Origin: Bacteroidia bacterium 43-41
GTDB taxonomy: Bacteria; Bacteroidota; Bacteroidia; Bacteroidales; Dysgonomonadaceae
NCBI GenBank assembly: GCA_001898165.1
Contig: MKTD01000003.1
Coordinates: 58,214 to 122,213 of the forward strand
Direction: 5' to 3'
DNA length: 64,000 nt
The position numbers and the translations under genes were made by a program. The notes beneath the pieces were generated by a model. That model was given only the letters and a program-made list of their open reading frames with translations. It did no database searches and had not been told where the DNA came from. This document shows, one piece after another, positions 12,901 to 25,300 of this stretch (the first letter of the stretch is position 1; each line of letters opens with the position of its first letter).

Positions 12901-13251
12901 GGTTTCTTTGACAATGGAAAATGCTTCGGGGAGAGTTTCCGATAATATTTTCTCTAATTTTGAAGTAATCTCCTTTTCAATTTTATCAATTTCGTTCCAG
13001 ACCGATTCGCGTTTTTCTAATTCCACTTCTTCTACGCCTGCTTTCAGCTCCGCAATGCGGGCACTGTCTTCGGCAACGTATTCTTCTATTCTCTTTTCGA
13101 GTTCTTTGGTTTTTGCACGTAATTCATCGTTCGAGAGCTGTTCCATTTTCGTATAAGCCTCCTTTATCGTGTTCACGATCGGGTTTATCTCGTTCAGGTC
13201 CCTCTGTGCTTTATTACCAAATATTTTACTTATAAATGAATTGAATCCCAT
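9955..13251 (-). CDS. secA: Preprotein translocase ATPase SecA
   Basis: [39 protein letters not shown]-terminal [18 protein letters not shown]. Confidence 0.98.
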   Translation of the reverse strand: MGFNSFISKIFGNKAQRDLNEINPIVNTIKEAYTKMEQLSNDELRAKTKELEKRIEEYVAEDSARIAELKAGVEEVELEKRESVWNEIDKIEKEITSKLEKILSETLPEAFSIVKETAKRFNDNAEIVVTATDFDRDLAAKHDFVHIEGDKAVYQNHWIAGGNEITWDMVHYDVQLFGGVVLHQGKIAEMATGEGKTLVATLPVFLNALTHRGVHVVTVNDYLSKRDSEWMGPIYMFHGLSVDCIDKHEPNSDARRKAYEADITFGTNNEFGFDYLRDNMAVSPRDLVQRIHNYAIVDEVDSVLIDDARTPLIISGPIPKGDDQLFDLFRPRVEQVVKAQRDFTTRLLADAKAKMASEDKKEQEEGALLLFRSYKGMPKYKPLIKFLSEQGVKAAMLKTEEFYMQEQSRNMHIATDPLYFVIDEKQNSIELTDKGIDLLTGKSDDPYFFVLPDIASQLAELENLSLSDEEKAIKKDELLQNFAIKSERVHTINQLLKAYTLFDRDDEYVVIDNKVKIVDEQTGRIMEGRRYSDGLHQAIEAKERVKVEAATQTFATITLQNYFRMYNKLAGMTGTAETEAGEFWDIYKLDVVVIPTNRPIVRNDMNDRIYKTKREKYTAVIDEIENTIAKGRPVLVGTTSVEISELLSRMLTLRKIKHNVLNAKLHQREAEIVANAGQREMVTIATNMAGRGTDIKLTPEVRNAGGLAIIGTERHESRRVDRQLRGRAGRQGDPGSSVFFVSLEDDLMRLFATERIAGLMDRMGFKEGDMLEHDMLNKSVERAQKKVEENNFGIRKRLLEYDDVMNSQREVIYKRRRHALMGDRIEIDVANMITETAKNVVEANEDDYENMKLDLFRVMAVEIPFSEEEMKDMKPNTLVEKVVEKAISEFKRKTDRLAEIAQPVIKDVYEKQGAMYENILIPISDGKRVYNIATNLKEAYESGSKALVKSFEKSILLHTIDEDWKEHLREMDELRNSVQNASYEQKDPLLIYKLESFSLFKIMVNDVNSKAVSILMRGQIPVQDPRNVRQAAPEQKTDYSKYRTQKDEVESRAAHNGSPREPEQRKLEPVRVEKKVGRNDPCPCGSGKKYKNCHGQGA

Positions 13252-13337
13252 AATGCTTTGTGTTGCGGGTTTTGGATCAGCAAACTGATTTATCCTCTTC
13301 CCTTAATTTTTAATTTCTGATTGATTTCTAATTACTT

Positions 13338-14906
13338 TTAAAACAGTTCTTCCAGAATATTTGCTTTTGCAGCGTTAGGAGCACGGATTCGCAAGCGGTG
13401 GGATACGCTCGGGGCAATTTCTGTCGCATCAATTACACGATTGATTTTTTGCGGCTTAATGTTGTTCCCGAAAAAGATTACAGGTGCATGAACCGCATTG
13501 TCTCTTACGCGGACATTGTTGTTTGAGTCATTATCAACGACTACCTTCCATCCGGGCTGTAATTCCAGATAAAGATCACCCGATATCCCTTTGTAAAAAC
13601 CATTCCTATAATGTTGTACAGTTTGGTTATAGGCGCCGTGCAACATCTGATGAGACGTGATCACATCCTGTATTCCTGACGATTGAACAAGAAATTCGGC
13701 TGCTTTTTGCTGGAACTCCACAAAGTTGATCTTTCGGTCTTCGATAAGCTTCCGGTTGAAAAACAGCTGCTGATCATAATATTTGCTTACCCATTGTTCG
13801 CGGCCGTAAATGGCCATCAGATACATATTGAGCAATGCGATGCTCCTGTCGGGATAAAAATCTCCGCCCGAAGTAACCATATCCGGAGGATGAACTTCCT
13901 GTTCGTTGAAATACCCGGTGGAAACCACAAAGATTAAGGTGTTTTGTAAGCCTACGGTTGAGTCGATAGCTTCGAGCAATTTTTCTATTTCCTGGTCTAA
14001 CCGATAGTAAGTATCCTGTACTTCAACGGAGTAGTTTTTGTCGAGAGAATTTTCAAAGTTACCGGCATAGAATGTCAATGCCAGGAAGTCGGGGTTTTGA
14101 CGTTTCCCCAACGAGTTGGCCTTCAATACTTTTTCAGCAATCTCACGCACTTCCGTATTTACAAACGGCGACTGCTTTAATAAGCGCACGTGATTTTTTT
14201 TCTCCGCACCAAAGTAGTGTTGGAAGTTATAGAGGTTCTTGGTGTAGGGAAATGCTTTGTAGTTCGACACATCGATGGCGGGGCGCCAAGTGATGGATCC
14301 GATTTTCTTACTCAACGATTCCGGTGTCCGGTTGTGTTGTTCAACTATGGGTTGCCGGATTTTATAAAAAGTGGTTGTAGCCCAGTTTCCGGTCAGGTCT
14401 TCCACCCAATACGCGCCACTGGCGGCGTGTCCCCCCGAAGCAAGCGCCTGCGAAGCGTGAGGTGCAAAAGCAAACACGTCCGATTGTCCGCCGGAGGCGA
14501 TCTTAAGCTCATCGGCAATGGTAGAAACTTTTACAGGCAATGGCGAATAGCGTTCGGTGTACTTATCATCGGAGAACGAAGGAATTTCCCGGTTTTCTTT
14601 CAGGAAAAATTTGTTTTCTCCGATAATTCCGTGATAAGAAGGATTGGCACCGGTAAAAATGGTGGTGATGGTGGAAGCGCGGTCGAGATGTGGAAAATTG
14701 AATTCCAGATCGGAATAAACCAGCCCGCCGTTCAGAAGTTTTTTAAATCCTTTTTCTCCGAAAGTATGTTGGAACATCTCCAGGTAATCGCCGCGCAATT
14801 GGTCTATGGTGATTCCCACAACCAATTTTGGTATAGCTTGTGTCTCTTGGGCACAGAGAGTGGTTATCGAAAAGAGAGCGACAAAAGACGATAATATTTT
14901 ATTCAT
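13338..14906 (-). CDS. Alkaline phosphatase superfamily (PafA-like) secreted protein, probably catalytically degenerate
   Basis: Signal peptide; PKLVVGITIDQLRGDY start typical of the PafA family, but later metal-ligand motifs are not recognisable. Confidence 0.75.
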   Translation of the reverse strand: MNKILSSFVALFSITTLCAQETQAIPKLVVGITIDQLRGDYLEMFQHTFGEKGFKKLLNGGLVYSDLEFNFPHLDRASTITTIFTGANPSYHGIIGENKFFLKENREIPSFSDDKYTERYSPLPVKVSTIADELKIASGGQSDVFAFAPHASQALASGGHAASGAYWVEDLTGNWATTTFYKIRQPIVEQHNRTPESLSKKIGSITWRPAIDVSNYKAFPYTKNLYNFQHYFGAEKKNHVRLLKQSPFVNTEVREIAEKVLKANSLGKRQNPDFLALTFYAGNFENSLDKNYSVEVQDTYYRLDQEIEKLLEAIDSTVGLQNTLIFVVSTGYFNEQEVHPPDMVTSGGDFYPDRSIALLNMYLMAIYGREQWVSKYYDQQLFFNRKLIEDRKINFVEFQQKAAEFLVQSSGIQDVITSHQMLHGAYNQTVQHYRNGFYKGISGDLYLELQPGWKVVVDNDSNNNVRVRDNAVHAPVIFFGNNIKPQKINRVIDATEIAPSVSHRLRIRAPNAAKANILEELF

Positions 14907-14943
14907 TTGAGTTTTTTTCTTCCATTGCTACGTTTGCTTCGCG

Positions 14944-16197
14944 TTATTGTCCCCACCCTGCCTTCATATATTTTGACGAAACATACCGTTTGTTGACCTT
15001 TTTTCTTTTCGTCAGCATAAACACATTCGTCCCCGATCTGAGCCATAAGCTCATTGAGAAAGGGATAGTTGCAACCGGTAACTGCTGTGGCACCAACCAC
15101 CAGAGAAGCAGAAAAAGGGTTAGGACTGCAAAGTTAATAAAATGATAGATATTTACCACGTTTTTCATCGGTTTTACCCAAAATAAAACAGCAAAAATAA
15201 GTGCAAAAATATTCATCCAAACAAAATTCCAGTTCGGATTTGTAGCCGGATGCTCCGAAAAAAACATCAGAGAAAACAGTACAAATCCTCCTATACCGTA
15301 AATTGCGAAAAGAATCGTATCGTAAATTTTGGGTAATTGGGTTTTATTCCATTTTATATATTGGACCACCGATACCAGAATTGTTATAAAAAGAAGTGCG
15401 AATGCCACTACTATTGGCGAAAATACGGACTGTTCGTCTTTGCTATTTCCCTTATTTGCAGCATCTAGCACAGTGGTTGTCTCTTTGATCAGGGGATAGC
15501 TTACAGAGTCGTTCTTAACAACGGTTGCACCTTCGAATGAACCCATCAAATAGGAAGGGATAAACATTTTTGCACGCACGTCAATGGGGTAATCGGCCCC
15601 GGCACCTATAATCAAATCAATACCGAATTTATTCCACGGGTACGGCTGTAAACATTCGTGCAGGATATCCCGATAAGTCTGCCCTTCTTTTGTGGGAGGG
15701 TATATGATCTTGCCCCCTACAAATTTTTCCACCATATCCCGCGGGCGTGTGGAGCAGTTATCGTAAAAATAATTATACCGATAGCCTCTGTTTTCAGGCA
15801 GTTGGTTGATATACAGCGCCTCCCACAATTGTTGCTTTTCCGGTTGAGTCAGGTTAAGTTCCTGCTCATAAACAGCCACTTTCTTGTATATATATTCGCT
15901 GATAAATACTTCAAAGGATGTTGTTCCCAAAATATAATCGGTTTCTCCCCTTACAAAGTGGTATATGAAGTTGGGCTGGGAAGAGTCGAAAAAACCGTAA
16001 TTAAAAACAGTGTCCAGATGTGTAGAATCGTCCTGAACACGCAAGGCCGTGTGCCCATAGTACGCGTAAACGGCTCCCGACCACGGCCCGCAGGTCATAA
16101 GGCTTATTTTGGCACTATCGCTCAGTTGTATTTGAGCATTCGTGAAAGCCGAAAATGTGATAAGAATTATGGTAAAAAAGTATCTCTTCATTATCAT
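14944..16197 (-). CDS. lnb: DUF4105 / Lnb-type lipoprotein N-acyltransferase
   Basis: GHTALR and YNYFYDNCSTR (His/Cys) in the periplasmic domain, followed by about 5 C-terminal TM helices. Confidence 0.75.
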   Translation of the reverse strand: MIMKRYFFTIILITFSAFTNAQIQLSDSAKISLMTCGPWSGAVYAYYGHTALRVQDDSTHLDTVFNYGFFDSSQPNFIYHFVRGETDYILGTTSFEVFISEYIYKKVAVYEQELNLTQPEKQQLWEALYINQLPENRGYRYNYFYDNCSTRPRDMVEKFVGGKIIYPPTKEGQTYRDILHECLQPYPWNKFGIDLIIGAGADYPIDVRAKMFIPSYLMGSFEGATVVKNDSVSYPLIKETTTVLDAANKGNSKDEQSVFSPIVVAFALLFITILVSVVQYIKWNKTQLPKIYDTILFAIYGIGGFVLFSLMFFSEHPATNPNWNFVWMNIFALIFAVLFWVKPMKNVVNIYHFINFAVLTLFLLLWWLVPQQLPVATIPFSMSLWLRSGTNVFMLTKRKKVNKRYVSSKYMKAGWGQ

Positions 16198-16302
16198 CCG
16201 ATCTTATATTAAAATGCAAATTTACACATAAAAGTTTATTTTTGCGGCTTTTTGATGATATTCCGAGTGATTATGGCGTACAATTTGGTTTGGGCAATAA
16301 TC

Positions 16303-16340
16303 AAAAAACAACGGTGATCCTCTTTCGAAAACCACCGTCT
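16303..16340 (-). terminator. Rho-independent terminator after rpmE2
   Basis: Minus strand GACGGTGGTTTTC-GAAA-GAGGATCACCGTT followed by GTTTTTT. Confidence 0.75.
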
Positions 16341-16361
16341 TTCCACTTCCTGAAAAGGAAT

Positions 16362-16616
16362 TTATTTTTTCTTACGATCTCCGTAACGGCTCATAAATTT
16401 GTCAACACGTCCGGCCGTATCCACCAATTTTTGTTTTCCGGTGTAGAACGGATGCGATGAACTGGTAATCTCAAGTTTTACCAAAGGATAAGTAACACCG
16501 TCAATTTCAATGGTTTCCTTGGCGTTTATGGTTGAACGTGAAATAAAGATCTCTTCGTTCGACATATCTTTGAAAACTACCGGGCGATAATTGCTTGGAT
16601 GTATTTCTTTTTTCAT
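16362..16616 (-). CDS. rpmE2: 50S ribosomal protein bL31 type B
   Basis: MKKEIHP...[23 protein letters not shown]; no Zn-binding Cys. Confidence 0.96.
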   Translation of the reverse strand: MKKEIHPSNYRPVVFKDMSNEEIFISRSTINAKETIEIDGVTYPLVKLEITSSSHPFYTGKQKLVDTAGRVDKFMSRYGDRKKK

Positions 16617-16811
16617 TGCTATATGTTTGTTTTATTTTTCTGTTGCTTTGAATTTTCGGAATGCAAAGATATAACAATTCATTGGAATACAAAAATTAAA
16701 TGGAAATAATTTAGAAAAAATCAATTTCGGTATTTTGGAGACTGTTTAGGTTTGTTTCGCTTTGAAGTCGAAGAGCTTTTATTTAATTTTGTATGAATTT
16801 AAAATGTGAAG

Positions 16812-18056
16812 ATGAAAATAGAAATCATAACTGTTGGTGATGAAATCCTTATTGGACAAATTATCGATACCAATTCCGCCTGGATGGCAGCAGAGCTTAC
16901 CCGGGAGGGATTTGAAATTGTTGCGATTACAACGGTCGGCGACCAGGCGCAAAATATTATAAGAGCCCTTGACACGGCTTTTTCCAGAGCAGATGTACTG
17001 CTGATGACAGGTGGAATTGGCCCTACCAAGGATGATATTACCAAGAAAACGCTTTGCAACTATTTCAATACCGATTTGATTTTTGATGAAAGTGTTTTTC
17101 AAAACATCAATCGCCTCTTTGCTCACAAAAACTATAAGTTGAACGAGCTGACAAAAAATCAGGCATTTGTCCCGAAAGATTGCACGGTTATCCAGAACAA
17201 AGCAGGGACGGCCCCTCTCCTCTGGTTTGAACAAAAAGGCAAAATATTGGTTTCAATGCCTGGCGTCCCTTTCGAGATGAAAGTAGCGATAACCGGCGAG
17301 ATCATTCCAAGGCTGAGGAAACAATTCCTATCGATTGACTATCTGAAGTCTTCTTTTCTGGTATCGGGAATTACAGAGTCGGCATTAGCCATCCTGCTGG
17401 AAGATTTTGAAGCAAAGCTTCCCGGCAATTTTTCGCTCGCCTATCTCCCATCCTACGGATTGATCCGTTTGCGGTTATCGGCTTGGGGAAAAGAAAATCT
17501 TTCGGAAATGGAATTTCAGGAAGGGAGGCTCAGGGAAACGCTACATGAAGTTCTTGTAGCAGACGGTGATCAACCGCTTGAAGCATTGCTGGGCGAAGCA
17601 TTGCGAAGCAACAACCTCACCGTTTCCACTGCCGAGAGCTGTACCGGAGGGAGCATTGCACACCGGATAACGCTTGTTCCGGGAGCATCGGCGTACTATA
17701 AAGGTTCGGTTATATCGTACGACAATACGGTTAAAACATCCATGTTGGATGTTGATAGTAAATCCATTGAGACATATGGAGCAGTCAGCCGGGAAGTGGT
17801 GGAACAAATGGCGCAAAACGTATCGGAAAAACTGAAAACTGATTGCTCCATTGCCGTTTCAGGTATTGCCGGCCCCGATGGGGGAACGCTCGAAAAACCG
17901 GTGGGAACGGTCTGGATTTGCACCAGGATGCATAATGAAACGGTAACTCAAAAATACCAATTCGGTACTTCCCGCGAAGAAAATATAAACAGAACAACCA
18001 ACATGGCTATCTTACAGATGATAAAAATGCTGAAAAAATATAAGAAACCGTTTTGA
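16812..18056 (+). CDS. cinA: CinA family protein (MoCF-like domain + NMN deamidase PncC domain)
   Basis: IITVGDEILIGQIIDTNS, TGGIGPTKDD, AESCTGG, SGIAGPDGG. Confidence 0.92.
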   Translation: MKIEIITVGDEILIGQIIDTNSAWMAAELTREGFEIVAITTVGDQAQNIIRALDTAFSRADVLLMTGGIGPTKDDITKKTLCNYFNTDLIFDESVFQNINRLFAHKNYKLNELTKNQAFVPKDCTVIQNKAGTAPLLWFEQKGKILVSMPGVPFEMKVAITGEIIPRLRKQFLSIDYLKSSFLVSGITESALAILLEDFEAKLPGNFSLAYLPSYGLIRLRLSAWGKENLSEMEFQEGRLRETLHEVLVADGDQPLEALLGEALRSNNLTVSTAESCTGGSIAHRITLVPGASAYYKGSVISYDNTVKTSMLDVDSKSIETYGAVSREVVEQMAQNVSEKLKTDCSIAVSGIAGPDGGTLEKPVGTVWICTRMHNETVTQKYQFGTSREENINRTTNMAILQMIKMLKKYKKPF

Positions 18057-18080
18057 AGGCGAAGATTTTTTATTTACGTC

Positions 18081-18144
18081 TTTCGTAGGAAATTTAAACA
18101 GTTTCTAAAAAACAGTGCATAAAAAAATTCAAAACACATTCTAA
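18081..18144. repeat. Two degenerate ends of the dispersed MITE-like repeat
   Basis: TTTCGTAGGAAATTTAAACAGTTTCT (similar to the reverse complement of 18668-18692) then GCATAAAAAAATTCAAAACACATTCTAA. Confidence 0.7.
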
Positions 18145-18152
18145 CGAGAAGG

Positions 18153-18596
18153 ATGCAAAATAAAATAGAAAAAATAAGAGTGAAATCTCTGGATGGCGAC
18201 CCTGTAGATTTAATGGAAATTTATTCGGGGAAACCACTACTGATCCTGTTTTTCAATATTCAGTGCCTGGGATGCACGGGCAGGGCAATCCCATTGGCTT
18301 ACGATTGCTTGCAGGAATTCAAAAACCTGAATGTTGTGGCCATACATACTGCTTTCGGAAAAAAAGTGGTGACCAAGGACGATATCATCAATATATTCAC
18401 CCTGAAAGAGTTGCCATTTCCCATCTACCTCGATATCGAAAACACGAACTATAAAAAATTTGACTGTGAGGGTATGCCGCATTGGATCCTGATGGATAAA
18501 GAAGGTAACGTAACCCGATCGATTTTCGGGTCGCAAGACGGTTCTCAAACCCGGCTGATTTATGCCCTCGAAGAATTGACAAAAGAAGCGGAATAA
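18153..18596 (+). CDS. Thioredoxin-fold redoxin (TlpA/AhpC-TSA-like)
   Basis: FFNIQCLGC (CxxC), VVAIH, PFPIYLD, GMPHWILMDKEG. Confidence 0.75.
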   Translation: MQNKIEKIRVKSLDGDPVDLMEIYSGKPLLILFFNIQCLGCTGRAIPLAYDCLQEFKNLNVVAIHTAFGKKVVTKDDIINIFTLKELPFPIYLDIENTNYKKFDCEGMPHWILMDKEGNVTRSIFGSQDGSQTRLIYALEELTKEAE

Positions 18597-18667
18597 AAGA
18601 TTTTGGCACAGTTTTCTTCCCTTATTTATACGTTTTACCCAAAACTTCCGTTATATTTACTGAATCA

Positions 18668-18728
18668 AGAGACTGTTTTGAATTTTACGAAAACCCAAAT
18701 GCATAAAAAAATTCAAAACAGTTTCTAA
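18668..18728. mobile_element. MITE-like ~60-bp element with 19-bp terminal inverted repeats
   Basis: AGAGACTGTTTTGAATTTT (18668-18686) versus AAAATTCAAAACAGTTTCT (18708-18726), 18/19 complementary; partial copies elsewhere in the window. Confidence 0.6.
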
Positions 18729-18751
18729 GTAACGTTACAATTTTTGAATTT

Positions 18752-19342
18752 ATGATCGATTACATCAAAGGCGAAATAACTGAATTGACGCCCGCTTCCG
18801 TTACGCTTGAATGCAACGGGATTGGCTATCTTGCAAATATCTCGCTAAACACTTACACCGTACTCAACGGCCAACAATCGGCCAAACTTTATATTTATGA
18901 ATCCATCCGCGAAGATGCGCACGTCCTTTTCGGCTTTGCCGACAAACACGAACGCGAAATATTCCTGCATCTTATCAGCGTATCGGGAGTCGGGCCGAGC
19001 ACGGGACGAATGATTCTCTCATCACTTACTTCCCGTGAACTGGAAGCGGTAATTGCTTCTGAAAATGCTACTGTGCTCCAATCTGTAAAAGGAATTGGCG
19101 CAAAAACCGCACAACGTATTATTATTGACCTGAAGGATAAAATCAAGTACACCGAGGAGGGCTCCACGATAAAAATTCCGGCCGCATTGTTTGTTTCGGG
19201 AGTAGGCCAGGAAGCTGTCTCTGCCTTGGTGATGCTGGGGTTTACAAAGCAGGCATCGGAAAAAGTGGTGGTAAAAATAGTGAAAGAGTCGCCGTCATTA
19301 TCGGTGGAAGCAATTATCAAAGAGGCATTGAAAAGGATGTAA
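18752..19342 (+). CDS. ruvA: Holliday junction branch migration protein RuvA
   Basis: MIDYIKG, HhH motifs VSGVGP and VKGIGAKTAQRIIIDLKDK, C-terminal EAVSALVMLGF. Confidence 0.97.
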   Translation: MIDYIKGEITELTPASVTLECNGIGYLANISLNTYTVLNGQQSAKLYIYESIREDAHVLFGFADKHEREIFLHLISVSGVGPSTGRMILSSLTSRELEAVIASENATVLQSVKGIGAKTAQRIIIDLKDKIKYTEEGSTIKIPAALFVSGVGQEAVSALVMLGFTKQASEKVVVKIVKESPSLSVEAIIKEALKRM

Positions 19343-19375
19343 TATATGTGAGCTATCGGTCAACTCATTTGGTAA

Positions 19376-22300
19376 TTGAAAAAAGCAGCATTCTATAATC
19401 TTTTTTTTATCGTTCTGCTTTCGGTTAGCGGGATGCAGTCTCTTTTTTCCCAACAGGATACCACCCGGAAAGATATGGAAGTCGTTTATGATTATAAATC
19501 CAACCTCTATATCTTTCAAAACAAGATGGGCACCCTATTTACCATGACTCCCGACGAGTACATGAAATATTCGTTGAAGCAATTGAACAGCAGCTATTTC
19601 AAAGAAAAAAATGCCATCAAAAAAAAGGAAGAACCTGCACAAAAAGAACCTTTATCGCTATTCAACCTACGCAAGAGCAACAGTTTGCTCGAAGAGATTT
19701 TCGGACCCGGCGGAGTGCGGGTAACCACCCAAGGATCGATAGAGCTTACTACCGGGTTGAAAAGAGACGTGCTCAACAACCCTACCCTTCCCGAACGTTC
19801 ACGCAAGCGGAACAGGTTCGATCTCGATCAGCAAATCCAGCTTAACGTCAACGCCAAAGTAGGCAATAAAATCAATTTCGGACTGAATTACAATACCGAT
19901 GCTGCCTTTAATTTCGATACCAGGCGTATAAAACTCGCTTATCAGGGCGATGAAGACGAAATCATCAAAAATATTGAAGCCGGAAACGTAAGCATGACAA
20001 CCGGAAACTCGCTTATTAACGGCGGAATGGCGCTTTTCGGTATCAAGTCGGATTTGCAGTTCGGTAAGTTGCGTGTAAATACTGTTTTGTCGCAACAGGA
20101 GTCGGAATCCAGGACCGTCAGTTCGCGCGGCGGCGTTCAAACCACGCCTTTCGAAATAAATGCCGACCAGTACGACGAGAACCGACATTTTTTTTTAGGT
20201 TACTACTTCCGGGATAATTACGACAGGGCACTGGCAAAAATGCCTTACATTCAATCGGCAGTCTCGATAACACGGCTCGAGGTGTGGGTCACCAACAAGC
20301 AGGGCAACTATGATCAGGCACGTAATGTACTGGCCTTTGCGGATTTAGCTGAGCACAACACCATCCACAATCCGATATGGCAGCCTGCCGGTGCGGAGAT
20401 CGTGCCGCATAACGATGCCAACACGATGTATCAGCAGTTGATTTCAACTTACGTTGCCGCACGCGATATCAGCCAGGCCGCAACGGCTTTCCCTTCAAAT
20501 GTGATTATCGGCCGCGACTACGAGAAAATTGAAAGTGCGCGGCTGTTAACTTCGTCCGAATATACATTCCAGCCGCAATTGGGTTATATTTCATTGCGTA
20601 CGCCGTTGCAGGCAGATGAGGTGCTGGCGGTTGCTTTCGAATATACATACAATGGAAAAGCGTATCAGGTGGGGGAGTTTTCCAGCAATATCGGCCGCGA
20701 AACCACCGGAGCGGCATCCAACCAGAACGGTGCGCTTTTTTTGAAGCTTCTAAAGCCTGTTTCTCTTTCACCGCAAGCCTATACTTGGGATTTGATGATG
20801 AAAAACATCTATTCATTAGGATACAGCGCTTACAATATTCAAAAAGAACGGTTTAAACTCAATATCACTTACCAGAGCGATACCACGGGTGTTTACCTGA
20901 ATTACATCCCCGAAGGCGAGATCCGCGGACAACTGTTGCTGAGAGTGATGAATCTCGACAACCTGAATTCAAAAAACGACCCTTATCCCGACGGTATTTT
21001 CGACTTTCTTGACGGTTACACCATTATGGCCGCCAACGGACGGATCATCTTCCCCGTGCTGGAACCCTTCGGGTCGCACTTGCGGAAAAAATTCAACAAC
21101 GATGCCATAGCCGACAAGTACGTTTATCAGCAACTTTACGATTCCACGCTGACCGTTGCCCGACAAATTGCCGAGAAAAATAAATTCAGGATCTCAGGCG
21201 AATACCGGGGTAGTTCGGGAGCGGAGATCAACCTGAATGCCACTAACGTTACGCGTGGCTCCGTGCGGGTCACTGCCGCCGGTGTTACCCTGACCGAAGG
21301 CACCGATTATACGGTAGATTATATTTCAGGAACGGTAAATATTATCAATCAGGCCATTTTAGATGCGGGAACGCCTGTGACAGTGTCGCTCGAAGATCAG
21401 TCGATGTTTAACATGCAGCGTAAAACGATGATGGGGCTGAACCTGGCTTACGACTTTTCGAAAGATTTTACGGTTGGCGCCACCATCATGCACTTTTACG
21501 AGAAGCCGCTCACCGTGAAGACTACTTTTGGCGAAGAGTCGGTCAAAAATACGCTTTGGGGCCTGAACACCTCGTTCAGGAAGCAATCTTATGCCCTTAC
21601 CAACCTGCTTGATATGCTGCCGTTCGTGGAGGCCTCCGCCCCGTCGCAACTGAGTGCCAACCTGGAGTTTGCCCATACGATTCCCGGGCATTACCGCAAT
21701 AAATACACGGGCGGATATTCATATCTGGACGATTTTGAAACATCCACATCAAGAATCGACTTGCGTTCGCCCTACGGTTGGGCTCTGGCTTCAACGCCTT
21801 TTAACGACACTTCCACGGGGCTGTTTCCCGAAGCGGCATTGTCTAATAATATAGATTACGGGAAAAATCGTGCGCAAATGGCATGGTTTTATATCGACGG
21901 ATTGTTTACACGCCGGAACTCAACGCTTACACCCACCCATATAAAAAACGATAAAGATCAGTTATCCAACCATTTGGTGCGTGAGATCTACGAACGTGAA
22001 ATTTATCCCAACAAAGAAGCTGTTTACGGCGAGCCGCCTACCCTTCCAGTGATGAATATTTCGTTCTATCCCAACGAGCGCGGCCCGTATAACCTGGACA
22101 CCGGCATTGATTCCGAAGGGAAATTACTTAACCCGAAGAACCGCTGGGGAGGAATTACCCGGAAAATGGATATCCGCGATTTTGAAGCGTCAAATATCGA
22201 ATACATTGAATTCTGGCTGATGGATCCCTTTGTAAATGATAAACCGGGGACCGCTCGCGGCGGCGATCTATACTTCAACCTGGGTGAAATATCGGAAGAT

Positions 22301-25300
22301 GTGTTGAAAGACGGAAAGAAGTTCTTTGAAAACGGATTACCCGTAAACGGCGATGCAAGCGCCGTCGGCACAAGCGTTTGGGGAAAATACCCGTTGCGCC
22401 AGTCCACGGTTTATGCTTTCGATAATTCGCTGGGGAATGAGTTGCGCCGCATTCAGGATGTGGGGTTGAACGGATTGAGTACCGAAGAAGAAAAATCGTT
22501 CCCCACCTATGCCACTTATTTAAACGAAATCATACCAAAACTTTCGGACGAGGCGTTGCAGGAAATGCAGGCAGACAAACATTCGTTGCTGAACGATCCT
22601 TCGGGAGACAATTTCAGGCATTATAGGGGACAGGAACAAGACCAGGCACAATTGAGCATCCTGGATCGTTATAAATACTATAACGGGACCGAGGGAAATT
22701 CTCTCGCACCCAATGAAGCGCAACCCTATTCCACCGCCTCGCGCACAACACCCGATGTGGAAGATATAGATAATGATAACACGCTGAACGAGAACGAGTC
22801 ATATTATCAATATAAAGTGCAGCTTCGTCCCGGAAATATGACGGTGGGGAGCAATTACATCGTTGATAAACGCGAAGTAAGCGTTTCATTACGTAACGGT
22901 GAAACAGGGAAAGTGAACTGGTACCAGTTTAAAATTCCTATCCGTGATTTTCAGTCACGGGTAGGTAATATTCAGGGATTCAACAATATCCGATTTATGC
23001 GAATGTTCCTGACCGGTTTTGAACAACCTGTCTTTCTCCGGTTTGCCACACTGGAACTTGTACGCAGCGAATGGCGGACATACACCCGGAGCATCCAGTC
23101 GGGCGGAACCGTGTCGGGATTGGGAAAACTGGAAATTTCAACCGTAAATATTGAAGAGAACGGCGACCGTACTCCCGTGAATTACGTCCTGCCGCCGGGT
23201 GTGACGCGTATCCTCGATCCGAGCCAGCCACAGCTCCGCCAACAAAATGAACAGTCCATTGCACTGAAGGTGAGCGATCTTGATCCGGGCGATTCCCGTG
23301 CTATCTACAAAAACACCCTCTATGACTTTCGTCGTTACAAACGCCTCCAGATGTTTGTCCACGCCGAAGAAGCGGCGGACGGCGCCACTCACCTGCAAGA
23401 CGATGAGATGAGTGTTTTTCTGCGTATAGGCTCCGATTACCGGAACAATTATTACGAATACGAAATTCCGCTCAAATTAACTCCTGCAGGACATTACAAC
23501 ACCAACATCCCCGAACATCAGGAAACGGTTTGGAAACCCGGAAACATGTTCGATTTTCCGCTTGAACTGTTGACAGACCTGAAACTGAAACGTAATGCCG
23601 AAAAACGCCGCGGAAGTGATGTTACCTATCTTACGCCTTATTCCGAGGCCGATCCCCAAAAGCCGGACAACAAGTTAACCATTGTGGGAAATCCATCGCT
23701 TGCCGAAGTGAAAGTGATGATGATTGGCATCAGGAACAACTCCAACACCAACAAATCGATCGAAGTGTGGGTAAACGAACTCAGGTTGAGCGAATTCGAC
23801 GAAAAAGGAGGCTGGGCAGCACAGGGGAACGTCAATCTCGCGTTGTCGGATATCGGGGCGGTAAATATTTCGGGAAGGAAAGAGACGGTGGGTTTCGGCA
23901 GTCTCAACCAAAGGTTGCTGGAACGCCGGAACGACGATTATTCGTCAATAAATCTCGCTGTAAATATGGAGCTCGGAAGATTCCTGCCTGCGCAGGTAAA
24001 GATCTCCGCCCCTTTCTATTATTCGTATTCCAATCAAAAAACAGTACCGCTGTATGATCCGCTCGACCAGGATATTTTGCTTTCGGAATCACTGAAAAAC
24101 ATCAATAGCAAACAGGAAAGAGATTCAATCAACAGGCTGGCTGTCACACAAAACACGAGTAAAAGTCTGAGCCTGAACAACGTAAAAATGAACATAAAGA
24201 GTAAAAATCCGATGCCTTATGATCCGGCAAATTTCAGTTTCGGATACTCTTACAACGAGAATCATTACCAAAATCCCGAAACCGAATACAACAACAGCAT
24301 CCATCAGCGATTACTGGTAAACTATACTTATACACCGCTCGTGAAACCGGTTGAACCTTTTAAAAACATACAAAGCAACTCGGGTTGGCTGAAATTTATA
24401 AAGTCCCTTAATTTTAATTACCTGCCAAACAATATCCAAATCAGTTCCAACCTGATCCGAAATTATCAGGAAGCGCAGTTGCGTGATTTAAACGCATATA
24501 TGTCCGGATATACACAATCGCAACGGCAATATCTAACGTTCAGCCAAAACTTTACCTGGGACAGGGATTTTTCGATTACCTGGGACTTGACCCGGAACCT
24601 GAAAACTTCTTTTCATTCGGGAACGATTGCCGAAATAGAGGAACCCTACCTGCAGGTAAACAAAAAACTCAATCGCGACGATTATGAGATTTGGAAGGAT
24701 TCCGTGATTCAGAGCATTCAGAACTTAGGTAAACCGCTCAATTACGAGCAAACGGCAGATGTAACCTATACCCTTCCGTTTGCTGCTATTCCGGTTCTGG
24801 ACTGGATAAATTCGAGTGTGGCGTATAATTCACGTTACCGTTGGGAGCGCGGTGCGTTTATCCGCGACGAAAATATCGGCAATTTCCTTCAGAACGATAT
24901 GTCGATCACGGCAAATACGCGGTTTAACCTGATTCAGTTTTACAACAAATTTGATTTTTTGAAGAAAGTCAATCAACGCTTTGATACTGCAAATCCTTCA
25001 GGTGTGAGTGAGGCACGGGTCGCCCAATATATGCTGCGTGGCCTGATGATGATACGTAGCGTGAATGTGAATTTCGGTTACAAATCCAGAACCGATATCC
25101 CGGGTTTTGACCCCATGATTGGAGATTTCTTCGGACAAAGCCATATGTCTTCAGGATTGATTCCCGGGTTGGGCTTTGCGTTCGGCTTTGATGGCGGTGA
25201 ACGTTTTCTGGAAAAGGCTGACGCCCACAATTGGCTGGTTAAAAACAACAACAATATCTCGCCGGCCATATACCACCGGACACAAAATATACGTATGGAC

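Noticed and set aside
16362..16616. Zinc-starvation paralogue switch at rpmE2
   Set aside because: Type B L31 is the ordinary form in Bacteroidota; no paired rpmJ2 or recognisable Zur box
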